A stretch of DNA of 64,000 bases. It comes from Podarcis muralis (lineage: Eukaryota). Location of the stretch: the NCBI RefSeq assembly GCF_964188315.1, contig NC_135659.1, forward strand, positions 75,268,001 to 75,332,000, in the 5' to 3' direction. The position numbers and the translations under genes are program-made. Position 1 is the first letter of the stretch, and each line of letters starts with the position of its first letter. Shown here piece after piece: positions 1 to 11,350 of the stretch. The notes below the pieces were generated by a model, which was not told the origin of the DNA, did no database searches, and was given only the letters and a program-made list of their open reading frames with translations.

Positions 1-1959
1 ACTTGTTAACAACCTTTACTGATAGTTTCAGTTATTACTTGGCAATTCCAGCAATGTCAGCTGAAAGTGTTGGCTCAACTGAAGGGTGAGAGTTTTCCTA
101 TGGAGCAGTCAGATAATGTATTAATTCTGCAACTTTGCCCAGTTGCAAACAAGGGCCTTGAAGTGGGTGGGTGGAGGGCAGCAAAGGTGTCAGGGTAACC
201 TGCCAAGCCAACAGACCTTCTGCTGTAAAAGATAAACCATGGAAAACAGGCAACAGCTCACTGCTGTTCCTCATTTTAAGAGTCTTTCACAACTGCTCAG
301 TATGCTAGGAATGATCAAACAGAGTATTAAAATACAATTTAATATAGTATCACCTTAGAACTCTATTGGCAAGGCCAGTTGGCACATGCCATTTAAAGCA
401 TTGTGTTCAGCAAAGAGCAAGTTTGAAGTCCAGATTGATCTGAAGTTCCAGATCAAAAAAATCTGCTCCAGAATTGTGCCCTCACAGTATTCTATGGGCA
501 TAAATTATACAAATTATACTACTGTGAGTGCTGCTATTTTGTAAAAATAGGGAGGGGGAGTTATTATCTTTGCCCAGATCTCCAAAATGGGCTCTGAGAT
601 TTGAAGGGTACGGTATGCCTGATTTGGACCCTAAGATGGCATCCCTGCCATGCTTCATTCCACTGTGAATGCTGTGAGCATGCAGTTGTGGTGGTTTTGA
701 TGCAATGCAAAGTCCTGCTAATATAGAGAAAGGTTAGGATTGCATTCTTGGCTGCCTGCTAAACCCTTACTTGTTATTTCAACAACCCTGTCCAGACATA
801 TAGGGATGAATTGAACATCACACACTTTCAATCGTTCCATCACTACAAGCATTTAATTTCAGATCCCTGATGGAACAATTTCTCCTCTCCTCTCCTCTCC
901 TCTCCCTAAACACTGTGAATTCTCCATAACTCCTCCCCCCTCCCACTGAGCCCATTGAGAGGGCACACTGAGGAATCCTCTTTACACTAGAAGGACTTCC
1001 TTTATTGGCTCCTGCCATTGCACCTACTTAGTTGAATATGGCCCATATTTTAGTCATGTATACTTATGTTTAAATTAGGATGGTCTGTATGTTGTTGAGC
1101 ATTATACTTTATGTACACTATTGAAATTATTTTTTAATGAAGAAATGTATAAAAAATTCTTAAATAAGCATGTAAATAAGTAGACCTGCATTATTATTAT
1201 TTTTTATCCCAGTAAGGATCTGCAAGCACACAGATATTTTGCTGGTTTGATCAAAACTCTTCCTTTCTTCCAAGTTTTTCAGATGCTTTGCCCTAGATAG
1301 TGGAGCCCACTAAGTAAGAATTTCTAATGCTGCAATCCTAAGCATCCTTACATAGAAGTAACTCAGTGGGACTTACTTTGGAGTAAGCATGCGTAGAATT
1401 AAAAAAAGGAAATGTTTCTGACAGGGATTAATGCTTTGCTTTTTAGGTAGCCGTGTTGTGTTCTCCAGAGAAAAAAATGTAGGGGAACTTGTAAAATCTA
1501 ACATGAGGCAATTAGGCTTGCCAAAATGAGCAAACTGGAGCTTCCACTCATTGATTCTCAAACCAAACAGTAGAGGAGAGAACGTTCCTTACAGTCAGTT
1601 TTACATATAGAAAGCACTGATTGTTTATAAAATGGCTACTGTCCAGTAATAAAAACTAAGTTTTGGATCTATCCTTTTAAAAAAGGGAAAAGGACGCAGC
1701 TCATCAGCTTTACTCTCACTTGTCTTCTGTAACCTCCTGAGGCTCAGAAGGTAGCACATTTAGAGGTCAGGCAGGATGGAAGAGGACCTCGTCCTGTCTT
1801 TGCTGAAAATTGTTGGCAGGTTGAAATGATCAATTTCCCCCCTCAAGCCACCTCCAAGGGCAGCATGCAGGTCATAGAATCATAGAATCATAGAATCATA
1901 GAGTTGGAAGAGACCACAAGGGCCATCGAGTCCAACCCCCTGCCAAGCAGGAAACACCA

Positions 1960-4881
1960 TCAGAGCACTCCTGACATATGGTTGTCAAGCCTCTGCTTAA
2001 AGACCTCCAAAGAAGGAGACTCCACCACACTCCTTGGCAGCAAATTCCACTGTCGAACAGCTCTTACTGTCAGGAAGTTCTTCCTAATGTTTAGGTGGAA
2101 TCTTCTTTCTTGTAGTTTGGATCCATTGCTCCGTGTCCGCTTCTCTGGAGCAGCAGAAAACAGCCTTTCTCCCTCCTCTATGTGACATCCTTTTATATAT
2201 TTGTACATGGCTATCATATCACCCCGTAACCTCCTCTTCTCCAGGCTAAACATGCCCAGCTCCCTTAGCCGTTCCTCATAAGGCATCGTTTCCAGGCCTT
2301 TGACCATTTTGGTTGCCCTCCTCTGGACACGTTCGAGTTTGTCAGTGTCCTTCTTGAACTGTGGTGCCCAGAACTGGACACAGTACTCCAGGTGAGGTCT
2401 GACCAGAGCAGAATACAGTGGCACTATTACTTCCCTTGATCTAGATGCTATACTCCTATTGATGAGGCCCAGAATTGCATTGGCTTTTTTAGCTGCCGCG
2501 TCACATTGTTGGCTCATGTCAAGTTTGTGGTCAACCAAGACTCCTAGATCCTTTTCACATGTACTGCTCTCAAGCCAGGTGTCCCCCATCTTGTATTTGT
2601 GCCTCTCATTTTTTTTGCCCAAGTGCAATACTTTACATTTCTCCCTGTTAAAATTCATCTTGTTTGTTTTGGCCCAGTTCTCTAATCTGTCAAGGTCGTT
2701 TTGAAGTGTGATCCTGTCCTCTGGGGTGTTAGTCACCCCTCCCAGTTTGGTGTCATCTGCAAATTTGATCAGGATGCCCTTGAGTCCATCATCCAAGTCG
2801 TTGATAAAGATGTTGAATAAGACCGGGCCCAAGACAGAACCCTGTGGCACCCCACTAGTCACTCTTCTCCAGGATGAAGAGGAACCATTGATGAACACCC
2901 TTTGGGTTCGGTCAGTCAGCCAGTTACAAATCCACTGAGTGGTAGCATAGTCAAGACCGCATTTTACCAGCTTCTTTACAAGAATATCATGGGGCACCTT
3001 GTCAAATGCCTTGCTGAAATCAAGGTAGACTACATCCACTGCGTTCCCTTCATCTACCAGGCTTGTAATTCTGTCAAAAAACGAGATCAGGTTAGTCTGA
3101 CATGACTTATTTTTCAGAAATCCATGCTGACTATTGGTGATCACAGCATTCCTTTCTAGGTGCTCACAGACTGTTTGCTTAATGATCTGCTCCAGAATCT
3201 TCCCTGGTATTGATGTCAGACTGACTGGGCGGTAATTATTTGGGTCCTCTCTTTTCCCCTTTTTGAAAATAGGGACAACATTTGCCCTCCTCCAGTCTGC
3301 GGGGACTTCGCCTGTTCTCCAGGAATTCTCAAAGATGACTGCCAGTGGTTCTGAAATCACATCTGCCAGTTCTTTTAATACTCTTGGATGCAGTTCATCT
3401 GGCCCTGGAGACTTGAATACATCTAGACTAGCCAAGTATTCTTGTACTGTCTCCTTAGTTATTCTGGGTTGTGTTTCCTCTGCTGAATCATTTGCTCCAA
3501 ATTCTTCAGGTCGGGCATTGTTTTCTTTATCGGAGAAGACTGAGGCAAAGAAAGCATTGAGGAGTTCAGCCCTTTCTGTGTCCCCTGTTTGCATTTCACC
3601 ATCTTCTCCTCTGAGTGACCCCACGGTTTCTTTGTTCTTCCTTTTGCTACGAACATACCCATAAAAGCCTTTTTTGTTGCTTTTAACCTCTCTAGCAAGC
3701 CTGAGTTCATTTTGTGCTTTAGCTTTTCTGACTTTGTGTCTACACGTGCTGGCTATTTGTTTGAATTCCTCTTTGGTGGTTTCCCCCCTTTTCCATTTTT
3801 TGTACACATCCTTTTTTAATCTTAACTCAGTTAAAAGTTCTTTAGATAGCCACCCTGGCTTCTTTAGGCACCTTCCATGTTTCCGTCTCATTGGTATTGC
3901 CTGAAGTTGTGCTTTTACTATCTCCCTCTTAACAAACTCCCAGCCATCTTGAACTCCCTTTCCTTTTAGTATTACTGTCCATGGGATCTCACCCAGCACT
4001 TCCCTAAGCTTTATGAAGTCGGCTTTCTTAAAGTCGAGAAATTGAGTCCTAGTATGCTTGGCTGCTCCTTTCCGCTGTATAGTAAACTTCAGAAGAGCAT
4101 GATCACTCGCGCCTAATGATCCTTCCACTTCTACCCCACTAACCAGGTCATCAACATTGGTTAGGACCAGATCTAAAATGGCTGTTCCTCTTGTTGCTTC
4201 TCCCACTTTCTGGACAATGAAGTTGTCTGCAAGGGCAGTGAGGAATCTGTTTGACCTTATGCTCTTGGCTGAGTTTGACATCCAACAAATATCAGGGTAA
4301 TTGAAGTCCCCCATTACTACTATCTCCCTTCCTTTTGCATGCTTGGCCATCTGTTCCAGGAAGGCATCATCTATGTCCTCCGTTTGGCTTGGGGATCTAT
4401 AGTAAACTCCCACAATGAGGTCACTGTTATTCTTCTCTCCCTTAATTTTCACCCAAATGCTCTCACTTTGGCTTTGAGGTTCTAAATCTTGGATCTCTTC
4501 ACAGGTATACACATCCCTGACATATAACGCCACTCCTCCTCCTTTCTTGTCTGGTCTGTTTCTTTGAAATAGATTGTATCCCTCCATTATTACATTCCAA
4601 TCGTGGGATTTATCCCACCAGGTTTCAGTGATTCCTATTATGTCATATTTAGTTTGCTGTACCAGGAGCTCAAGCTCATCTTGTTTATTTCCCATGCTTT
4701 GCGCATTAGTGTACAGACATTGAAGTCCATTAATCATTCCCCCGTGTCTCTTATTTAAGGATTTTTTCCTCCCACCACTAGGTCTGCATGCTCTTTGCTC
4801 CATTCGGTCTATGACATTTGGATGATCATCTTCATCAATTGATAGACTCCTACCTTCAGGAGCACTGTCTCCCTCCCCCAC
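1960..4881 (-). CDS. CR1 ORF2: apurinic-like endonuclease + reverse transcriptase
   Basis: 973 codons without a stop. EN motifs: [26 protein letters not shown] motifs: [42 protein letters not shown]. The track start is GTG and the first in-frame ATG is at about 4803, so the true start is uncertain. Confidence 0.96.
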   Translation of the reverse strand: MGEGDSAPEGRSLSIDEDDHPNVIDRMEQRACRPSGGRKKSLNKRHGGMINGLQCLYTNAQSMGNKQDELELLVQQTKYDIIGITETWWDKSHDWNVIMEGYNLFQRNRPDKKGGGVALYVRDVYTCEEIQDLEPQSQSESIWVKIKGEKNNSDLIVGVYYRSPSQTEDIDDAFLEQMAKHAKGREIVVMGDFNYPDICWMSNSAKSIRSNRFLTALADNFIVQKVGEATRGTAILDLVLTNVDDLVSGVEVEGSLGASDHALLKFTIQRKGAAKHTRTQFLDFKKADFIKLREVLGEIPWTVILKGKGVQDGWEFVKREIVKAQLQAIPMRRKHGRCLKKPGWLSKELLTELRLKKDVYKKWKRGETTKEEFKQIASTCRHKVRKAKAQNELRLAREVKSNKKGFYGYVRSKRKNKETVGSLRGEDGEMQTGDTERAELLNAFFASVFSDKENNARPEEFGANDSAEETQPRITKETVQEYLASLDVFKSPGPDELHPRVLKELADVISEPLAVIFENSWRTGEVPADWRRANVVPIFKKGKREDPNNYRPVSLTSIPGKILEQIIKQTVCEHLERNAVITNSQHGFLKNKSCQTNLISFFDRITSLVDEGNAVDVVYLDFSKAFDKVPHDILVKKLVKCGLDYATTQWICNWLTDRTQRVFINGSSSSWRRVTSGVPQGSVLGPVLFNIFINDLDDGLKGILIKFADDTKLGGVTNTPEDRITLQNDLDRLENWAKTNKMNFNREKCKVLHLGKKNERHKYKMGDTWLESSTCEKDLGVLVDHKLDMSQQCDAAAKKANAILGLINRSIASRSREVIVPLYSALVRPHLEYCVQFWAPQFKKDTDKLERVQRRATKMVKGLETMPYEERLRELGMFSLEKRRLRGDMIAMYKYIKGCHIEEGERLFSAAPEKRTRSNGSKLQERRFHLNIRKNFLTVRAVRQWNLLPRSVVESPSLEVFKQRLDNHMSGVL

Positions 4882-4886
4882 ATTAG

Positions 4887-5921
4887 TCAGTTTAAAGCCC
4901 TCCTGATGAGGTTTCTGAGATTTTTTGCAAAAACATTCCTCCCAACCGTTGTGAGGTGCAGCCCACCGCTTGCCAGAAGTCCATCTTCAAGAAACTGCAT
5001 TCCGTGATCTAAGAATCCAAACCGTTCCTGTTTACACCATTTGCGAAGCCAGTTGTTCACTTCCACTATTTTTCCCTCTCTCCCTGGGCCACGTCGTTCA
5101 ACTGGGAGGACAGATGAGATGACAATTTGTGCATTTAATTGCTTCAATTTCCTGCCCAGAGCCTCGTAATCTCTTTTGATCTTCTGGAGACTATTGCTTG
5201 CAGTGTCATTGGTTCCCACATGAACCAAGAGGAAGGGGTATTTGTCAGTGGGTTTTATGATTCCTTGCAGTCGTTCAGTTACATCTTGGATCTTAGCCCC
5301 GGGGAGACAGCACACTTCCCGAGACATCTTGTCAGGCCCACAGATCACTGCTTCTGTTCCCCTCAGTAGGGAATCCCCTATCACCACCACACGCCTCCTC
5401 TTAGGTCTGGTCGGGGTTCTTCTGTGAGCTGTCCGTTCCAAGGTCGCCTGGACATTCCCTGAGGACTGCCTTTGCTGCTCGTCTTCATATACCTGATCGA
5501 CTGTAATGAGGGAGAGATCCTCAAATGGAGTCTGCTCTTCGTCTTCCATGGTAGGGGAAAGGACCTCAAAGCGATTGCGTATTTCTAAACAATCAAAGCG
5601 AACCCTGGGCCTCCTACTTCTTTGAGTCACGTTTCTCCATATATCTGGCTCCTGTGTTGGTGAACTAGCCACCTTCTCAGGGGAGTCCCCTGTCTCTTCC
5701 TTGGTGGAGACGGTGTGCTCTGTTGCTTCCAAGAAGAGTTCCAGGTCTCTAATTCTTTGGAGCGTAGCTACACGTTCCTCCAGTTGCTGGACTTTGTCTT
5801 TTAAGAGGGCAATCAACATGCAATTGCTGCAGGTAAAGCTGCCTGCAACCTTTGGCAAGATGGCAAACATTGCGCAGGAACCACAGGCGACTGCAGCTGT
5901 TCCCTCACCCTCCATCTTCAT
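4887..5921 (-). CDS. CR1 ORF1: Cx2C..Cx2C zinc finger, coiled coil, SGNH/GDSL esterase
   Basis: CGSC...CSNC, then the heptad segment [17 protein letters not shown]. Esterase blocks are VIGDSL, PGAKI, HVGTND and GGLH (normally DGLH). The start is taken at MKMEGEG (ATG 5921-5919), 344 aa. Confidence 0.92.
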   Translation of the reverse strand: MKMEGEGTAAVACGSCAMFAILPKVAGSFTCSNCMLIALLKDKVQQLEERVATLQRIRDLELFLEATEHTVSTKEETGDSPEKVASSPTQEPDIWRNVTQRSRRPRVRFDCLEIRNRFEVLSPTMEDEEQTPFEDLSLITVDQVYEDEQQRQSSGNVQATLERTAHRRTPTRPKRRRVVVIGDSLLRGTEAVICGPDKMSREVCCLPGAKIQDVTERLQGIIKPTDKYPFLLVHVGTNDTASNSLQKIKRDYEALGRKLKQLNAQIVISSVLPVERRGPGREGKIVEVNNWLRKWCKQERFGFLDHGMQFLEDGLLASGGLHLTTVGRNVFAKNLRNLIRRALN

Positions 5922-6449
5922 CCTGCAGGGGGTGGATTGTGCTGGCTGATGAGAAATTAAGAGCCCCATTCCTTTGCTGGCTTCTCAAAAATGGTTCATT
6001 TCCTAATAGTGAAGTAAAACCTTGCAGTTATGAAATAGTGCCTTTGCCCGCAGGCATTTTCTTATTCTTGCTGTGGTGGCTGTGTGACAGTGCACTGCTA
6101 AGATGACATCTTTCAGTGTCCTGCTTCTATTATCTCATGCCCTGCCAATTTTCTAATTGTTAGTGGTTTTTATTTGTCATGCTTTTATTTCTTCATGCTC
6201 AACCCACACATGCAGCTGAAGCAGGAAATGAATGCTTCCTAGAATGAACATCCCAGTATCTCTCCAGCCTATTGTACACCTCTGATCTTCTCCCTTTAAT
6301 ATTGCCGAGGTTCTGAAGTGTCAAGCATTTGAAAGTAGACATTTGCAAAATATGCAGGTGGAATGCCATTTTCAAGCCTATCCATTGGTAGCTATCTCCA
6401 TAATCTGAATTTCAGCTACTTCAATCCATGTTACTATTCCCAATTTTTC

Positions 6450-6491
<42 letters not shown>

Positions 6492-6618
6492 TTACTTCTA
6501 CCCCACCCATCTGACTGGGCTTCCCCAGCCACTCTGGGCAGCTTTCAACAGAACATTAAAAACAGAATAAAACTTCAAACATTAAAAACTTTCCTAAACA
6601 GGGCTGCCTTCAGATGTC
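6450..6618 (-). mobile_element. L2-type LINE 3' end with (AAT)n tail
   Basis: Matches the 3' end of the longer L2 fragment at 18312-18767 (cccatctgRctggg..ccccagccactctggg...agggctgccttcagatg). Confidence 0.8.
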
Positions 6619-6746
6619 AAACATTCTCACACATGTGCATATAACAACATGGATCTTGGAGTCTGGAGCCACAAAATTTTGTTGTTCTCACACGCACCAA
6701 TGAGAACGTGTGATCTAGAGAAGAAGCATGCCACAATAATGTAGAG

Positions 6747-6881
6747 CAGGCACCCCAACCTTTGGCCCTCCAGATGTTTTGGACTACAATTCCCATCATC
6801 CCTGACCACTGACCCTCTTAGCTTGGGATCATGGGAGTTGTAGGCCAAAACATCTGGAGGGCCACAGGTTGGGGGTGCCTG
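6747..6881. mobile_element. hAT-type MITE (palindromic, 135 bp)
   Basis: TIRs caggcaccccaacct / aggttgggggtgcctg with a perfect 8-bp TSD atgtagag. Same family as 56228-56363. Confidence 0.92.
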
Positions 6882-9469
6882 ATGTAGAGGGTCTTAAAGA
6901 TTTCAAATAGACATTAAAGGGAAATTAAGAAACTAAGTTTGAAGACTTGAGGTAAAAGCTATGAATCACAGTGACCGTCATATAAGTTACTTTCTCTGAG
7001 AAAGTGCCCCAAGATCTTGAGTGCAATCCCAGACTGGACTAGAATTTTCTGCTGAAGAAAAATCTATTCCTTCCACTCTTTCCTGAACTGCCTAGTGTTG
7101 GTGATCTGTCAAAGGCAGAATGGCTAACTAGATTTTAGTCAAAAGTCTACAGAATGCTGATACCTGAGTGTTGCTGTGACAAAGTGGGGCAGGCTGTGAA
7201 AGAGGAAAAATTGAAAACTTTGAGAACACTTTGAGTATAACAAACGTCTCTGAGGAATTCAAGGCTTGTGCAAAGCAAAATGCATTCTGGGAGAAGTAAA
7301 GAGACACGGAGAAGCAGAAGGAACTGATCTCAGACATGTGTAGCGTCCTATTTTAGTTGGGTTTCCATTAGCCTACTAGCAGACTGGCCTTGCTGCACAT
7401 ATAAATATTCATTTCTCACTGGTAACAGAACTGTCATTGGACAAACCAGCAACAAGGAAGCAGGCAGATTTCTGTCTTAAGTTTCAGCCATGAGCAATGG
7501 GGCGAAACCTGCCAGCAGGGAGTGAAGGACCAATGACAGTTCATTTTCAGGAAAGCAATATCTTGTTCACATACATGTGAAGAGGGAGGTTTACTGAATC
7601 ACATTGCTGAGAAAGAAACAGAAGTTCTAACAAAGAGTTGGTAAAAGGAAAAGTATAGCAATGTGAAGTGGACATTGTGGGAGGTGAAACTGGCCACTAC
7701 AATAACATGAGACGATAACTCTCAAGAGATGTCGGGGTTTCTTTTGAAAGTTATCAGGTGGATCAAATCTAAACATCCTGGCCATTACAATCTTGAATGC
7801 CAGACAGTAGCCTCCAGGCACTTATGTTTGATGTCTTTTCATGTATATTACAGCAAAATATATTGATACTGTGATCTCAAAAGTCTCTGCACTAGTGTCT
7901 AATGCATAAATTTACTTAATTAAAGTGAACTTTGTCAATTCTCTCTGCCTGCACAGTAATATTTGCTTTATGACAGGATTGTTGTCTATGAGCTCATAGG
8001 AAATAATAAGAGAGAGAATGAAAATATGAGTTATATTCAATATCTTGTTAAGCTTGTGCTTCATAGTTAATCCTTTTGTCTTTGCCTTTTTCATTCTGTC
8101 CTCTCCAGCTAGCTGTTTCCTCATAACTCAGTGTTTCCTAGTCATTGTCTGCCAACATGGTTAGATATTTGTTCATCTGCATTTCACCTGCTTTATTTCT
8201 ATCACCAGAAGAGTAAGAAAGTCTGTTGAGGGGCTTAACTTTGTTAATATTGCTTGCTTGCACAGTAAGATGAAGTTGTAATGCAAATATTTTTGAAGCA
8301 GTTATGTTGAAGGTCACAGACAGGGAACTCTTACCTGACCTAAAGTCAAGTATTTTGTTTTGGACCTTAGCAAAGCTCATCATTTAGGAAATGATGACAT
8401 GTGAGCAATAAACTGAACTTCAAACAATTCATTATTTAAGAGTGATGATCGAAGGCATTTTTTCCAAAGAAATATCAATATGTGTTGGATGGTATGAATA
8501 GAGATGGTTCAGAGAGAATTTGAATGAGAGTTTTGACACCTTAACACTCACATCATTATGCTCTCTCCTATTCTCACCTTCTTTGGGACAAACTCAGACC
8601 ATTTGGGTAAGAAATGCTCCTTAAGAATTCTTAGAAATCTTTTGTTTTTGCTTATTACATGAGTCCTGTACATGTGATATGCTGTCATATTATATCTTGT
8701 TATTATGTAACCATTGTTTAGTCTTTTGTAGTAAATTACTTGAAAAAACACACCTTTCTCTCAAGTAATTTAATCCAAATTTAAGATCCATACAATACCA
8801 CTAAGAACTGCCATGAACTTGGGATTTCTGAATGGGGTGTGAGAACTTATCTATAAGAGGCATACATTAACAATCCATTCAGAGCCAGGTCATGAAAGTC
8901 GGGTGGGATAGGGAGGACTTTGGCTAAGCATTTATGGTTTAGAAATCAAGCTTCAATAGTTAAGTTGTGGGTTCCAAAACTGATAAAATGAAATTTAATA
9001 TGGATAGGGAAGCTGACATGCACGTGCACACACACACACAAACACACACACACACACAAGCACACACAAAATACTTTATGTCAAAAGGTTTTTTTTAATA
9101 AAAAACTCCACTAAGTTTGTTATGATTCTAGAATATACAGCAAACAATAACCATTTGTCCACTGACTTAATAAAACTGTCAATTTTTTTTTTTTTGCCAG
9201 TAATTAAAAAGTCAAATCCAATTATGCTCCATCGGAAGCCACTAGATTATGAGTAGAGAGTAATTAATTAAGTAATGTGTACAGTCCAGGGAATGTCAGA
9301 AATCCAATGAATGTTGACATGTGCTGGTCAGTTTTAAGATTTAGAAGGCCATAGAATGCAATGTGAACTGCTGAAAACTGAAGCTGTTCTTAATTGCTTA
9401 ACCTTGACCCATTCTGGGTTGCCTGTTTTGTTTTGTTTCAGTCCTAGAATGTGACAACAATATACATAA

Positions 9470-9765
9470 AGGGCTGGAAGAGGGAAGAAGCTTGTTTTCT
9501 CCTGCTCTGGAGTGTAGGACTGGCTTCAAGCTACAAGAAAGGAGATCCCAATTAAACATCAGGAAGAACTTTCTGAAAGTAAGAGCTGTTCGACAGTGGA
9601 ATGGTCTCCCATGGGAGGTTGTGGACTCTCCTTGCTTGGAGGTTTTTAGGCAGAGATTGGATGGCCATCTGTCATGGATGCTTTAGCTGAGATTCCTGCA
9701 TTGCAGGGGTTGGACTAGATGACCCTTGGGGTCCCTTCCAACTCTACAATTCTATGATTCTATGA
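9470..9765 (+). mobile_element. 5'-truncated CR1 (ORF2 C-terminus + 3' UTR + ATTCTATG tail)
   Basis: Translates to [28 protein letters not shown], homologous to the C-terminus of the intact ORF2; ends attctatgattctatga. Confidence 0.92.
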
Positions 9766-9769
9766 ATCC

Positions 9770-9875
9770 ACTACACTGTCAAGTGTCTCTTACTGTCAAA
9801 AAGTTCTTCCTGATGTTTAGTCGGAATCTCCTTTCTTGTAACTTGAAGCCATTGGTTTGAATCCTGCTCTCTAGA
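9770..9875 (-). mobile_element. CR1 internal fragment, inverted relative to the preceding copy
   Basis: The reverse complement reads ttcaagttacaagaaaggagattccgactaaacatcaggaagaac, homologous to about 9525-9600. Confidence 0.85.
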
Positions 9876-10384
9876 AAGGGAGATGTGTTAAGTATAATTG
9901 GTTTAATTCACACTGAAATGATAATGCCTGTGTATTGGTAAAAAGGTTTAACACGGAGTGATTCCACTGAAGGTTTAGAAAAGCAAGAAGAGCTCTCTAA
10001 GCTTTTTGCAGGTTAATAATTCTCTAGCAGCAGCTAACACATGAGTGTTTAACCCTAGATCACATGTCAAAGGTATTTGGTTGCAAATCTCCATGTTTCA
10101 GGGAGTTGCCTTTGGTTCTTTGTTCTCCCCAACTCTGTGGAGTGAGGATGTAAATGAAGCTTTCCATGTAAACAGTTCCAGGGAAAATGGAGGCTGGAAT
10201 GGGGGAGAGACAGAGTTAAGGTCTCAATCCTGTTTAAAGATATTTCTAAGAAGATGCTGTGCTGGATATGCACAAGATTTGGCTGCATCATTTGCGTGTT
10301 GAGTCCCACAATTGCCACCCCCAAAAAATTCACACTTCACACATCAATTTTTGTTTAGGTTTTTGGCATAATTTTGGCCACAAC

Positions 10385-10390
10385 TTTATT
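10385..10390 (-). terminator. Putative polyadenylation signal of the YR element
   Basis: AATAAA within aataaagttgtggccaaa. The same motif is conserved at about 21026 (+) and about 29406 (-) in the related units. Confidence 0.6.
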
Positions 10391-10736
10391 CAAATACAAA
10401 ATGTGAGTGGTTGCTTAGGCATTGGTTATGACTATCTGTCCATGCCCTCAGGGACAGAGCTGGCATTCCGGACACCAGCGGAATCCAGTGTGGGAAACAA
10501 GTATTGGGTGAGAAAGTGAAGCTGGGTCTCAGTCCCGCACTTCTCACCCTCTTGTTCCTGTGGGGCTTGCACGGCCCAAGTCCGATTCCAGGGACAAGGA
10601 CGAAAAGAATGGCAAGCCCCTGGATTCCTTTAACGGAATTCCCTTCGCTCATTTGGAGGGGTAGGCACTTACCCCTCCAAGCACCATTTAACCAATGCCT
10701 AACCGCCATAGAGCCCACAGCTCACCGCCAAACCAC

Positions 10737-11324
10737 TCACAACCCCAGCCAAGCCCTAAGCTTGGCCACCACTGCACCCAACCAAACCTCATTCCCGGAG
10801 GCAGAAAGGTGCACACCATCGGCTCTAAAAAGGGATGCCGCCTGAAAATGAATCATTGGGTGCGAAATCACATCTCCACCCAATTCGGACATCTTTCTGG
10901 CTACCGCAGAATTGATGCGTTTCCTGGCCCTCTCCGTAGCTGCCGGGCAACGACTGCCCCTCCAAATGCGGCGGCGCAGCAGCTTGGACCAAAATATTTT
11001 TGCTGTTGGCATCCACGCCCGCAGCACCTCCAAGTCACTTAATATTGCAGCACGCAGAGAAAAACAGTCCGTGGATACCAGGTCATTCTCACCCAGCTGC
11101 ACCACTATAGCCGTGGGCTCCCCTTCCAGGAGCAATTGCCTCTGGATTCGCGGCAAGAACTCGGACCAGCGCATTCCCCGTCTGGCCAGCCACGACAGCT
11201 GCACATGTGGAGGGAAGCCAAGGCCTGGACCCCATCTGGACTGCTGTGCTGCGACGCCCGCCCAATGGATGATGCTGTGCCCCACCATCCAGATGCGGAC
11301 AGCCACTAGACCTGAAGTAAACAA
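10737..11324 (-). CDS. SGNH/GDSL-family hydrolase of the YR element
   Basis: Block I VGHS, block II RRG, block III LGEND and block V DGVH give a full Ser-Asp-His triad. The track start is TTG and the first ATG is only at MVGHS. Confidence 0.88.
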   Translation of the reverse strand: MFTSGLVAVRIWMVGHSIIHWAGVAAQQSRWGPGLGFPPHVQLSWLARRGMRWSEFLPRIQRQLLLEGEPTAIVVQLGENDLVSTDCFSLRAAILSDLEVLRAWMPTAKIFWSKLLRRRIWRGSRCPAATERARKRINSAVARKMSELGGDVISHPMIHFQAASLFRADGVHLSASGNEVWLGAVVAKLRAWLGL

Positions 11325-11350
11325 ATAAACAATGTGAGAATCCCATATAA

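Larger units (their letters stand above)
1872..5923 (-). mobile_element. CR1 LINE, both ORFs open, apparently lacking its 5' UTR
   Basis: The 3' (ATTCTATG)n tail reads catagaat x3 at 1873-1896 on the + strand. ORF1 and ORF2 are uninterrupted. A candidate 6-bp TSD tgcagg lies at 1866-1871 and 5924-5929. Confidence 0.95.

Noticed and set aside
1904-5949. Short + strand ORFs inside the CR1
   Set aside because: Antisense shadows of the CR1 coding sequence with no motifs.
5922-5969. Upstream ATG giving a 360-aa ORF1 (MGLLISH...)
   Set aside because: It lies beyond the candidate TSD in flank-like DNA; MKMEGEG is the more plausible start.
7100-8760. Several stop-poor frames on both strands (e.g. 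KEKYSNVKWTLWEVKL, HFLPKWSEF)
   Set aside because: Could be an ancient TE fossil, but no family motif could be established by eye; needs BLASTx.
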